Shown here: one piece after another, positions 1 through 11,721 of the stretch | How the letters are laid out: every line of letters starts with the position of its first letter | How positions within the stretch are numbered: position 1 is the stretch's first letter | NCBI GenBank assembly: GCA_026770705.1 | Contig: JANJGN010000019.1 | Span: 77,996,001-78,060,000 of the forward strand | Reading direction: 5' to 3' | DNA length: 64,000 nt | Source of the DNA: Isurus oxyrinchus | Lineage: Eukaryota | Notes under the pieces: model-generated | The model's database searches: none | Told to the model about the DNA's origin: nothing | The model's input: the letters and a program-made list of their open reading frames with translations, nothing else | Program-made: the position numbers and the translations under genes

Positions 1-1439
1 GGCAAGGGAGTGGCACTAGGTGAATTGCTTTTGCAAAGAGCCGGCACAGAAATGTGCTTTCAACACCTTCAATTTTGTGAGCAGCTTGTTCCATACTACA
101 AGATGTCATCCATCTGAATTGGTCACAGATTAATGCATAGGATGTAATGTTTTATGAAAACACTGATGGGTTACAATAGTCACAAACTATAAAAGCAAAG
201 CTCGAGTATCTTTATTGGTGTCATCACAGCCTCAAGCTGTGTTACATCTTATGTTTGGTGTTATTCTGTACAGAAGGGTGGTGATTTGAATTTTTGTCTT
301 GGATTTGTTTTTATGTTTAGTGTATTTTAGTGGAGACTTTCTTGGTGGTTAGCAATAAATGATCAGTGTATCATATGATTAAGCCACACACAACATATTG
401 TGAGACTGTAGTATAACAAATGATGTAAAGGAGAAGCATAATTTCGATATATTAAAGCCAAAGAGCTGGTGAGGCCTGAAAGAATGCCATTCTACAGCAG
501 TGCTGTCCAATAGAAATCTCTTTAGCCATAAGTATGGTTACAACAGAATTTTATCCACGTGAACTAATTTTAGTACAAACTGTCTGACACACAATCCAGA
601 CAAATGTACAAAATGTACATTTTTTTAACAAACATCTCCCATCATTCAGTAACCAAGGAAGTCAAACACAACCATTAAAAGCACTTGTACACTTTTCTTT
701 TTATCTTAGCATTTTACCAATTATTATACAAGAAGGTTAAAATTCACATGTATGTTCTGTGTGAGTATGTGTATTGAGATCACAAAGACAGACAGATTTG
801 CATTTCTATAACGTTTTTGATGACCTCAGGATATCCCAGAGTGCTTTACAGCCAATAGTATAATCCAAAACCCAATTAATCTCATTTGGATTACCAATTT
901 AGTCACATGGCTAATGTATTGGACAACAATACTTTCTAGTATGTGCTGATCTACAACTGTAGCATCACGAATGGACACAGAAAACTGCAGTAATCAATCT
1001 AATATTTCTGGGAATGAAAAACGTCATTAATTTTTTAACATTTTAGCATAAATGTTAAATGCTATCAATACCTTGTGATGTTAGAAGTATAAACATTCAA
1101 AAAAGTTTGCTTAAGTGAATATTGTGATATCTTTAATGTAACAAAGAGAAGTGACCTGTTTTGGTATGTCTTTGCACCAGGGAATGTGAGATAAGACTTT
1201 TTGTTAACATGGTGACAATACAGAGGCCGCAATAAACTTGTGTGACTACAGTGTATTGCAGTCACAATAAATGCAGCTAGGTAAATTTTTAAAAATATTT
1301 TGTACTGAAGTTGTAACCAGGTGAGCTTGTTACACTAGTTGGGTTGCTGTATTTAAAACAAAATTATAAAGCAGCAGAGCCAAACCCAGAATTAGAAGTA
1401 AAAGTAAGAATTTAGCCACTAATTCATACTGTTTGTTTG

Positions 1440-1990
1440 AGTGGATAATCCAGACTGACGCTCCAGTGCAGTGCTGAGATGCTGCACTATTGGAGATGCT
1501 GTCTTATGGATGAGAAGTTTAACTGAAGTCCCTTATTTGGCTCCCGTGGGTGTAGAAGATCCCATGGCATTATTCAAAGAAGAGCAGGTGAGTTCTTCCT
1601 CAATGTCCTGGCCAATGTTTATCCGTCAAGTGACATCACTACCTTAATAAAAACAAAAAAAACTGCGGATGCTGGAAATCCAAAACAAAAACAGAATTAC
1701 CTGGAAAAACTCAGCAGGTCTGGCAGCATCGGCGGAGAAGAAAAGAGTTGACGTTTCGAGTCTCATGTCATGAGGACTCGAAACGTCAACTCTTTTCTTC
1801 TCCGCCGATGCTGCCAGACCTGCTGAGTTTTTCCAGGTAATTCTGTTTTTGTTTTGACATCACTACCTTGCTATGTGCAGATTGACTGTCAACTTCCAAA
1901 TTACAGCTAAAATTTAAAAAGACTAAATTGGCTGTAGGCACTATAGAAGGAGATTGTGATGGTGCAATATAAATGCAAAGTCTTTATTTC
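1440..1990 (+). mobile_element. DeuSINE (SacSINE1/AmnSINE1-like), 5'-truncated, interrupted by a Penelope palindrome
   Basis: Deu-domain-like 'gatgagaagtttaactgaagtccc...gaagatcccatggcattattcaaagaagagcagg' and L2-like tail 'atataaatgcaaagtct'; recurs at about 3967, 36327, 38450 and 40760. Confidence 0.75.
1646..1854. mobile_element. Penelope-like terminal (pLTR) fragment with inverted duplication
   Basis: Near-perfect inverted arms at about 1681-1767 and 1769-1856; 15-bp TSD tgacatcactacctt (1631-1645, 1855-1869); same sequence as the Penelope 3' end at 47488-47595. Confidence 0.85.
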
Positions 1991-2158
1991 CAAGGTTCAA
2001 AATTTAAAATTGAATTTTTTTTCTTAAAATTGCTAGCTTAAAAAAATTATAAAATGTCTCCAAGCAAGCATATTGATTTGTTTTGGGTTTTTTTTGCCTC
2101 CTTTACTGATTGTTGCTGAATGGCAATCCTCTAGTATCTGACCATTTTCATATTTCAG

Positions 2159-2386
2159 CCTTGACAGTGGTAGGTTTGTCTGTCGTGCAGGGCATTACAG
2201 GCGATCCTGATTTCTTCTGACTTGGAATCGGCGCAGTTTCCAGCAGGAATCACTGGACAGTGATTGCTGCAAGAACCCAAACTGATTATTTCTTTTACAG
2301 CAGGCATTCTGGCCTGTTCTAGAAATTTAACTGACTTGAGCAAGAAGCTCAGCATAAACCATAAGTTTTCCAACACTTTCTGCTCT
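2159..2386 (+). other. candidate non-coding (5'UTR or poison) exon of an unidentified host gene
   Basis: ctgac branch site, polypyrimidine tract and tttcag acceptor; ct|gtatgt donor; non-repetitive with retained CpGs; stops in all three frames. Confidence 0.35.
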
Positions 2387-3264
2387 GTATGTGAAACAAT
2401 AGTTGGTACAATTACCAACTAAATTGCCAGGGAAGCAGGCAGTTGGTTTTATTTAAGTTTTTAGAAGAAAGCTGTTTAAAATTATCCCAAATTAAATGTT
2501 TGGACTAAAGTAAGTAATAGATTAAAGTTTGTTGTAGGGGATAATTTGGATTTTACTTCAATAAAACGTTACAAACTAACAAGCCATTAAAACTGTAATG
2601 GCTGAGTATTTATATTTGGGCTCTGTAGTTTGTAATCTTGAGAGTGAGTTAGTGTTTTTTGGCAGTTCTGTTGAGATGCATGCATGCCAGCACCATCTGA
2701 TATGAATTATTTTTTAAAACTGAAACGTCTTGCTGAAGAAGTGGTTAACCATTGCTTTATTAGTTAGATTCTGCTTAAAACTGCCTTTCTTGGCTCGGGA
2801 CCTCTCCCTGTCTATGCTGCACAGAAGATGGATCTGTTTTCTTCATTTACTTTAAAAATAAGCACAATTCTTAAAGATTAAATTGCAATTTCATGAAGGA
2901 ATGAAAATATACCAGAAAACCCAGCAAGGACAGTTAAAAATGGTAACCGATATCCCCAGGCGCTTTCTTACGAAGTTTTTGCATCTTTTTTTAAAAACAC
3001 AAATAATTGGTTCAGCCTCTTTTGAAGAAATATTGCTTTTTAAATCATTATTAACTCTTGGTTAAAATCATCTAAATGTAGTTTTGTAGTTTTACTGAGA
3101 GATTTGTCTCTGTTTAATCCAGATTTAAAAAGGTGATGCTCAACTCCAGGAAAACACATGCTTTATTCAAATGTTCCATTCTGGGGTGGACAAACCTGGA
3201 TTTCATTGATCCCCTTTGTGTAGGTTTCTTCATCCCAGTGTATTATGTTCACCAGTTTTGTTCA

Positions 3265-3700
3265 GAGATTTACTAAAACAGTGCCAGGATGATGGGTTTC
3301 ATTTATATAGAGAGACTGGAGAAATTTGGATTGTTCTCTTTACAGCAGATAAGCTTAAGGGGAGATTTAATAGAGATATTCAAAATTGAGCGATTTTGGC
3401 AAATAAGGAGAAGTTATTTCCAGTGGCTGGAGGACACAGATTTAAGATGATTGGCAAAAGAGCCAAAAGTGAGATGAGTTTTTACCCAGTGAGTTGTGAT
3501 TATGCACTGACTGAAATGACGGTGGAAGTAGATTCATTAGTAAATTTCAAAAGGGAATTTGATACATAGTAGTAAAGGAAACATTTTCTAGGCATTGGAA
3601 AACATTTGGTGTGGGGGATTAATTGGGTAGCACTTTTCAAGTCTGTGCAGGCATGATGGGCCAAATGGGTGTCGTCCTCTGTCCTGGATTATTTTATGAA
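3265..3700 (+). mobile_element. CR1 LINE 3' end fragment
   Basis: 'gagagactggagaaatttggattgttctc...ggggagatttaatagag' ORF2 C-terminus plus CR1-type 3'UTR. Confidence 0.8.
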
Positions 3701-3838
3701 TTATGCATTTCATTTATTGTCAAATTAAACATTACCCAACCACTATCGAAATAGAGGCAGTATTATATTACTGGAAAAGAGATTTTTGTTTTCATAGAAT
3801 TGTAGAATGATGCATTTAAAAGAATATAGTTGGATGAA

Positions 3839-3941
3839 ATAAAAACAGAAAATGCTGGAAAAACTCAGCAGGTCTGGCAGCATTTGTGGCGAGAGAAGCA
3901 GAGTTAACGTTTCGAGTCCGTATGTCTCTTCCTCAGAGCAT
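3839..3941 (-). mobile_element. short Penelope-derived insertion (second subfamily) carrying a hammerhead
   Basis: 9-bp TSD ttggatgaa (3830-3838, 3942-3950); 'gctggaaaaactcagcaggtctggcagcat' shared with the other pLTR copies. Confidence 0.8.
3902..3939 (-). ncRNA. minimal type I hammerhead ribozyme
   Basis: Minus strand GCT-CTGAGGA-A-GAGAC(ATACG)GACTC-GAAA-CG-TT-AAC: canonical CUGANGA/GAAA core, stem II with one mismatch, ACGU palindromic stem III. Confidence 0.75.
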
Positions 3942-3966
3942 TTGGATGAATGTGTAATTGTCTACT

Positions 3967-4935
3967 TGGCTCAGTAGTGGCAATTTCACCTCTGAGCCAG
4001 AACTATGGTGGGATCAAGACCCATTCTAGCACTTGAGCAGATAAACTAGGCTGACGCTCGGGGCAGAATCTTATGACACTTGCAGAGGCAGAACCGGGAG
4101 TGAAATCCAAAAGACTGCTGTTGGGTTGGCAGGACAATGCATTCCTGCTTTCGGGTGATCTTGCCAGAGATGGGTAAGCAATGGAAGTGGCTACCTGCCA
4201 GCAGCAGTGGGTGGCCAATTAGGACCAGATTGGGGAGGTGCTGGGATCTTACTGATGATGGGCGGGCACCACGCTGTGGGTGAAGTCTGGCATGTCCCTA
4301 AAGGCAGCCTGGGATCCTCTTCACTCCACAATAATAGCCTCGCAGCTATAGCCACAAATAATTTTAATAATTCCACACATCTTCCGAGTGTGCCTTCACT
4401 CTCCCTGTGGCAGGACATTGCTGTGGGGTCTGTCATGGGCCCATCTGGGTATCTGTTCCCTCTGCCGCCATTAATTGGACAGTGCTCTCGGAAGCTGCTG
4501 CTTATTCGGCTGCTTTTGGTAAGATTGCACAAGTGGACAGCTAGGCATCGCTATGATGACATAGACCTGCATTTGGTCCCAACCTCAAAACCTTCAAAGG
4601 CAGTAAGATTTTGTTCTCCAATGCAGTAGTGATGAAGTTCTGCTTTGTTAGATGTGCCACCTTTCCTATGAGATGTTAAACCAAGGTCTGCTCAAGCAGT
4701 TGTAAAGCATTACACTTTGAGGAGGAGTAAGGGTGTTTTCTATGTGTCCTGTCCAACATTTGTCCTTCAATATCACTAAAAACAAATTAGCTGCTCACTT
4801 ATCACATTGACGTTTTGGTACCTTGCTGCACGCACGCACACACACACTCTGCTGGGTTTGCCTGGCGATTACATTTCAATCGTACTTCGTTTGCGGTAAA
4901 ACTCTTCAAGAGAAGAACTATATAAATGAAAGATG
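3967..4935 (+). mobile_element. DeuSINE split by a MITE
   Basis: tRNA-like head 'tggctcagtagtgg...gatcaagaccc'; body resumes at 4617 'tccaatgcagtag'; tail 'ctatataaatg'. Confidence 0.75.
4061..4616. mobile_element. non-autonomous Harbinger-type element (MITE)
   Basis: Imperfect TIRs gggcagaatctta and taagattttgttc; 3-bp flanks tcg/tcc; cleanly interrupts the SINE. Confidence 0.65.
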
Positions 4936-4959
4936 CTATCTAAATCTACATTCTTAACC

Positions 4960-5991
4960 CTGGACATTCTTCCTTTTCAGAAACAGTCTAATTCTGTTTT
5001 GAATTCCTCTATTGAACCTGCCTCATCCATACTCTCAGACAGCATACTCTGTACTTTAACTACTTACTGCATGAAAATTTTTCCTTATATTGCTTTTGCT
5101 TCTTTTGCTAACTATGTTGCATCCGTGTGTGCTCTTGTTCTCAACCCTTCTGCAAGTGGGAACAGTTTATCCCTACTCTGTCCAGACCCTTCCTGATTTT
5201 GAATACCTCTAGCAAATCTCCTCTTAGCCTTCTTTCCTCCAAGAAAAATAGTCCCAACTTCTCCAATCTGGCATCATAATGAAGTTCCTTATCCCTGGAA
5301 CCATTCTTATGAATCTTTTTTGAAATCCCTCCAGTGCCTTCACATCTTCGCCGAAAGTGTGGCTTCCAGAACTAGACGCAATACTCCAACTGATGCTGAA
5401 CTAGTGTCTTATAAAAGTTCAACACAATGTCCTTGCTTTTGTACTTTATGCCCCTATTAATTAAGCCATCCTACATTCTCTCCTTTATTCTTCCCTCACC
5501 CTCTCTCATGGCTGATATGTTTGTAGCCTTAATTCCACTTTCTTGTCTACCTCCCATAACTCTTGATTCTCCTGTGTGTCAAAAATCTGTCTAATTCAGC
5601 CTTGAATATATTCAATGCCGCAGCCTCCACTACTTTCTGGAGTAGTGGATTCTGAAGATTAATGACCCTCTGGAAGTAGAAATTCCTCTCCATCAATATT
5701 TTGATTGGAAAGCCCCTTATTCTGAAATTGTACCCCCTAGTTCGAGATTTTCCCCAAAGAGGAATCATCCTCTCAGCATCTCCCCTGTTAAGTCCCCTCA
5801 GAATCTTATGTCAATAAAATGACCTCTTTGTTCTAAACTCCAATGAGCACAAGCCCAATCTGCTCAACCTTTCCTCAGAAACAACCCCTTCATCCCTGAA
5901 GTCAGCCTAGTGAACCTTCTCTAAACTGCCCACAATGCAAATATATCTCTCCTCACATAAGGACACCAAAACCATGAGCAGTAATCTAGGT
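4960..5991 (-). mobile_element. two CR1 3'-end fragments
   Basis: Minus-strand ORF 5547-5768 'SRTRGYNFRIRG...RNFYFQRVINLQNPL...IFKAELDRFL' is a CR1 ORF2 C-terminus; a second similar piece lies at 4960-5470. Confidence 0.8.
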
Positions 5992-6340
5992 AAGATATGA
6001 GGTACATACAAATTAGGAGCAGGAGTAGGCCCCTTGAGCCTGCTCCCTCATTCAATAAGATCATGGCTGATCTGAATGTAACCTCGACCCCACATTCCTG
6101 GCTACCCCCGATAATCTTTCACCCTCCTTGTTAATCAAGAATTTATCTGGCTCTGCCTTAAAAATATTCAAGGATTCTGCTTCCATTGCTTTTTGAGGAA
6201 GAGTGTTTCAAAGACTCTCAACCCTGTGAGAGAAAAAAAATTCTCCTCATCTCTGCCTTAAATGAGCAACCACTTATTTTAAAACAGTGACTGCTAGTTC
6301 TCGATTCTCCCACAAAAGGAAACACCCTCTCCACATCCAT

Positions 6341-6498
6341 AATATATATATGAAAACAAAAAACTGCGGATGCTGGAAATCCAAAACAAAAACAGAATTA
6401 CCTGGAAAAACTCAGCAGGTCAGGCAGCATCGGCGGAGAAGAAAAGAGTTGATGTTTCGAGTCCTCGTGACCCTTCAACAGAACTAGAACTAATAGAA
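6341..6498 (-). mobile_element. short Penelope-derived insertion with hammerhead, inside CR1
   Basis: 14-bp TSD ctctccacatccat (6327-6340, 6499-6512); 5' end has agttcta micro-duplications. Confidence 0.85.
6447..6485 (-). ncRNA. minimal type I hammerhead ribozyme, CUGUUGA core variant
   Basis: Minus strand AGTT-CTGTTGA-A-GGGTC(ACGAG)GACTC-GAAA-CA-TC-AACT; stems I and II pair; stem III CG changed to CA. Confidence 0.7.
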
Positions 6499-9249
6499 CT
6501 CTCCACATCCATCCTGTCAAGACCCCTCAGGATCATAAAGGTTTAAATTAAATCATCTTACTCTTCTAAATTCCAGCAAATGCAAGTCTAACCTTTCCAG
6601 CCTTTCTTCATAAGGCAACCCACCGATTCCTGATATTAGTCTAGTAAACCTTCTCTGAACTGCTTCTGACACATTTACATTTTTCTTTAAATGAGAGCAG
6701 TGCTGCACACTGTACTCGAGATGTGGTCTCATCAATGCCCCTGTACAACTGAAGCATAACCTCCCTACTTTTGTAATTAATTCCCTTCACAATAAATGAT
6801 AACATTCTATTTGCTTTCCTAATTACCTACTGTACCTGCATACTAACCTTTTGTGATTCATGTACTAGGGCACCCAGATCCCTCTAAATCTCGGAACTCT
6901 GCAATCTCTCAGCATTTGGATAATAAGCTTTTTTATTCTTCCTGCCAAAACGAATGATTTCACATTTGCCCACATTATACTCTATTTGCCAGATCTTTGC
7001 CCACTCACTTAACCTATCTGTGTCACTTTGTAGCCTCCTTATGTCCTTTTCACAATTTACTTTCCTACCTATCTTTGTGTGGTCAGCAAATTTAGCAACC
7101 ATTCTTTTGGTCCCTTCATCCAAGTAATTTATATAAATTGTACTAAGTTGAGGCCCCAGCACTGATTACTGTGGCACACCACTGATCACATCCTGCCAAC
7201 CAGAAAAAGACCCATTTATGTCAACTCTCTGGCTAGCTAACAGGAAGCAATCTTCTATCCATGCCAATATGTTATCCCTATACCATGAGCTTTTATTTTC
7301 TGCAATAACATTTGATGTGGCACTTTATCAAATGCGTTCTGGAAATCTAAGTACATCCATCAGTTCCCTTTTATCCACAGCACATGTGACTCCTTCAAAG
7401 ATCTCCAATAAATTGGTCAAACATGACTTTCCTTCTACAAAACCATGTTGACTCTGCCTGATTGCCTTGAATTTTTCTAAGTGCCCTCATCTTTAATAAT
7501 AACTTCTAACATTTTCCCTATGACAGATGTTAGGCTAACTGCCCTGTAGTTTCCTGCTTTTTGTCTCCCTCCCTGAATAATGGAGTTACATTCGCTATTT
7601 TCCAATCTAATGGAACCTTCCCCAAATCTAGGGAATTTTGGAAAATTAAAACCAATGTATCAACTATCTCACTGGCCACTTCTTTCAAGACCTTGGGGTG
7701 AAGTCTATCCAGACCTGGAGATTTGTCAGCCCGCAGCCCCGACAATTTGCTTAATACCACTTCCCTGGTGATTGTAATTTTCCTGAGTTCCTCTCTCCCT
7801 TCCAGTTCCTGATTTACAGCTATTTCCAGGATGTTATTTGTGCCCTCTATAGTGAAGACTGAAGCAAAATACCTGTTTAATTCATCCACCATCTTTCTAC
7901 TTTCCATTATCAATTCCCCAGACATATTTTCTATCAGACCAATGCTCACTTTGTTAACTCTTTGCTTATTTAAATATCTATTGAAACTCTTACTATCTGT
8001 CTTTATATTACTAGCTAGCTTTCTCTCATACTCTCATTTTTCCCTCCTTATTAATCTTTTTTGTCATTCTTTGTTGTTCTTTATATTCTTCCCAATCTTC
8101 TGACCTGATTATGTGCTTTTTCTTTAAATTTGATACTGTCTTTAACTGTTTAGTTAATCATAGATGGTGGACCCTCCCCTTGGAATTTTTCTTTCTCATT
8201 GGAATGTATCTATTCTGTGTATTGTGAAATATCCCTTTAAATGTCTGCCACTGAGCTTCTATTGACCTATTCCTTAACCTCATTTGCCAGTTCACTTTAG
8301 CTAGCTCCGCTTTCCTGCTCTCATAATTTCTATTATTTAAGTTTAAAATACTAGCTTTGGATGCACTCATTTCTCCCTCAAAATGATTGTAAAATTTAAT
8401 CATTACGATTGCTGCAACCTAGAGGTGCCTTCACTATGAGGTTATCAATTAATCCTATCTCGTTGTGCAATACCAGGTCTAGTATAGCTTGCTCTCTGGT
8501 TGGCTCCAGAACATGCTGTTCTGAGAAACTATCCCGAAAACATTCTATGAACTCCTCATCTATGCTACCTTTGCCCATCTGATTTCTGCAGTCCACATGT
8601 AGATTTACATCCCCCATGATTATTGTTGTATCTTTCTGACAAGCTCCCATTATATCTCTTCTTTTATATTCTGCCCTACCATGTAGTTACAATTAGGGCA
8701 CCTATATACCACTCCCACAAGTGACTTCTTACCTTTATCATTCCTCATCTCAACCCAACCCACTTCTATATCCTGGTTTCCTGAACTGGTGTCAACCCTC
8801 TCTAATGTGCTAATGCCATTATTAGTTAACAAAGCTGCCCCCTCCATCTTTTCCTAACTTCCTCTCCTTCCTAAACATCACATACCCTTCAACATTCAGG
8901 TCCCAATCTATGTCATCCTGTAGCCATGTCTCTGTAATTTCTATCAGATCATGCTTATTTATTTCTATTTGCACTATCAGTTCATCTGTTTTGTTTCAAA
9001 TGCTACGTGCATTTAGATACATAGCCTTTAGTTTTGTCCTTTTATCATTTTTGTAGCATCAAGACATATCTGCTGACTTACTCTTTAGAGTTGTACTGTC
9101 CGTCCCTTCTTGTCATGGTCTGTTTATCATTTCCCATATTATTATTTTTCTCTCTTGCCTTGTCTCTACTTTTTGGTTTACCACAACTCCCCAAATTTGA
9201 TCCCTTGCGCCCACTATTCCGTTTAAAACCCTTTCTACTTCCCTAGTTA

Positions 9250-10492
9250 TGTGGCTCGCGAGGATACCAGCTCCAGCACAGTTCAGGTGCAGACCGTCCC
9301 AACGGTACAGATCCCATTTTCACCAATACTGGTGCCAGTGTCCCACGAACTGGAGCCCACACCAGTCTTTGAACCACGCGTTCATCTCTCGAATCTTATT
9401 TGTCCTATGCCAATTTGCATGTAGCTTGGGTAATAATCCAGAAATTATTACTGTTAAGGTTTAGCTTCTTAATTTGCTGCCCTGCTCCTCTTACTGATTC
9501 TGCAGAGCCTCCTTCCTCATCCTGCCTATGGCATTGGTACGTACATGGACCATGACCACTGGATCCTCCCCCTCCCTGTACAAGATTGAGGGGCATGGAC
9601 AGGGTAGATAGGCAGTTCTCCTTAGTTGAAGGGTTAGTCACAAGGGGGCATAAGTTCAAGGTGAGGGGCAGGAGGTTTGGGGGGATGTGAGGAAAAACCT
9701 TTTTACCCAGAGGGTGGTGACAGCCTGGAATGCACTGCCTGGGAGGGTGGTGGAGGTGGGTTGCCTCACATCCTTTAAAAAGTACCTGGTTGAGCACTTG
9801 GCACATCATAACATTCAAGGCTATAGGCCAAGTGCTGGTAAATGGGATTAGGTAGGTAGGTCAGGTGTTTCTGACATGTCGGTGCAGACTTGATGGGCCA
9901 AAGGGCCTCTTCTGCACTGTGATTCTCCAGCCCTGAGCAGAGGCCCTGAACCCTGGCACCGGGCAGGCAACACAGCCATCTGGACTCTTGCTTTTTGCTA
10001 TAGAGAACAGTGTCAATCTCCCTCACTATACTGTCCTGTACTATCACTATGTTCCTTTTTGCTCCCCCCGCTTGGATGGCTTCCTGTACCACGGTGCCAT
10101 GGTCAAATTGCTCATCCATCCGGCAGCCCCTGCTCTCATCCAAGCAATCTAAGCGAACCTCAAACATATTGGACAATTGCAGAGGCTCACACTCCTGCCC
10201 TCTGGGTCCCCTTACCTGCATCACTCACAATCACACCCTCCTGTGCCTGGCCACTGACCACAACAGGAGACCCTATCCTAAGTGGTGTGACTGCCTCCTG
10301 GCATAAAGCATCCAGGTAACCTTTTCCCCCTCTGATGTGTTGCCGAGTCTGCAGCTCAGCCTCCAGCTCAATGACTCTGAGTTGAACTTCCTCAAGCTGT
10401 AAACACTTTCTGCAGATGTGTTTGCCCTGGATCACAAGTTTATCCAGGAGTTCCCACATGCTGTGGCCTTGACACATCACCTGTCCTGCCAC
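9250..10492 (-). pseudogene. CR1 ORF1: zinc finger/leucine zipper plus SGNH esterase
   Basis: 'MAGQVMC..MWE...HICRKCLQLEEVQLRVIELEAEL', then 'IVIVQDSIVREID..CCLPGARV' (GDS block) and degenerate GxND and DGLH blocks. Confidence 0.8.
9581..9925 (+). mobile_element. CR1 3'-end fragment inserted into ORF1 of the long CR1
   Basis: 'aagattgaggggcatggacagggtagatagg...ggccaaagggcctcttctgcactgtgattct' in opposite orientation. Confidence 0.8.
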
Positions 10493-11721
10493 CCTTCATG
10501 TGTTTTATATAATTAATTATATTAATTACTTATTTATGTTGTTTTCTTATATTTTTATTAACTTTACCACCAAGTTCTGTACTATTTTAAACATTAAGGA
10601 TAGAATAGAACGTATCCACTTACCAGATACTCACCAAACAGCTAGCTCCTTTACCTGTAGTAGAGTGGGAACCAATTTCTATGGGGTGAGAAAGATTTAA
10701 AAAAAAGGACACAAACACATCCCCCCGCACCCCACTCCCAACCTCAACCTGCTTACACAGTGCTTTCCAGCTAATTACAGACTAGATTAGATTTTAAGAA
10801 CAAAATTAACACTTAAAACTCCCCTCTCACCAAACTCTAATCTTCACTCAGTTAGCTCAGCTGCACTCCATTTGCAACTCGCTCTGTGAGTTTAAACATT
10901 AGGTGCTGGCCATGAAGACATGACATTTAAACCTTACTCCTGTACTCTGTGAACTTGTATTGAATGTTTGTTTCTGTATTGGCTAATTAGGATGGATCTC
11001 GAAAGCATGGATTGTGTCATGGCTTATATCACTATAAATGCAGAGTGTAGAGTACCTGCAATATGATTGGATTCATGACCAACTTCCTAATTTTTGTGTA
11101 CCTGATGGTGGTTAAACAGGGCCATAGAGAATATTCCATGCAAGTCAAAATACCCATTCAGACAGCTGGTTCTGGAAATTTGATTGGCAATATTCTAATT
11201 AAATGACTGCTCTGTTCACCTGCAGCTAGGTTATGTTATATAGAGTTTAGGAATAATAACTGTAGGAAATGGAATTACATCTAATACTACATAGCAATTA
11301 CAGCATAGGAGCAGACTGTTCAGTCTAACTGGTCTGTGCTGGTATTTATGCTTTTTCGTTTAACTCGATCGGCATATCCTTGTATTCCTTTCTCTGTCAT
11401 GATTATCTTGTTTCTACCTTTTCCAATAAAACCACAGTAACGTTATGGGCGGAATTGTCCCAGATTTGTACCAAGTGTGGTAATGGGCGGGTAAAATGAC
11501 ATTTTACCTGCCGGCTACAATGGCGGCTTTTCACGCTATATCATCCCAAACCCGTCGCATTAATTATGCATTCCTGCAAAATACACCATTTCCATGGTGG
11601 GTGGCCTCTCATTCGCCTGCCACGCCATTATCTTGCCGTTTCATCACACCAGGTGCCGTATTTAAAGTCCAGCTGCACGCACACCTCTCAGTGCTTCCAG
11701 CCCAAGACTGCTGCAGGGGAG

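Larger units (their letters stand above)
6150..9010 (-). pseudogene. CR1 ORF2 (APE endonuclease plus reverse transcriptase), frameshifted
   Basis: ORF fragments 8650-8847, 8396-8650, 8158-8403, 7530-7949 (KSPGLDRLHPKVLKE), 6884-7162 and 6553-6735 (RPHLEY..VQRRFTRLI). Confidence 0.9.
5992..10899 (-). mobile_element. near full-length decayed CR1 LINE
   Basis: 3'UTR, RT (LGPQLSTIYINYLDEG..KFADHTK), endonuclease (VGVVYR, IMGDVN, ILDLVL), ORF1 and 5'UTR are colinear; possible TSD taggt (5987-5991, 10900-10904). Confidence 0.9.
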
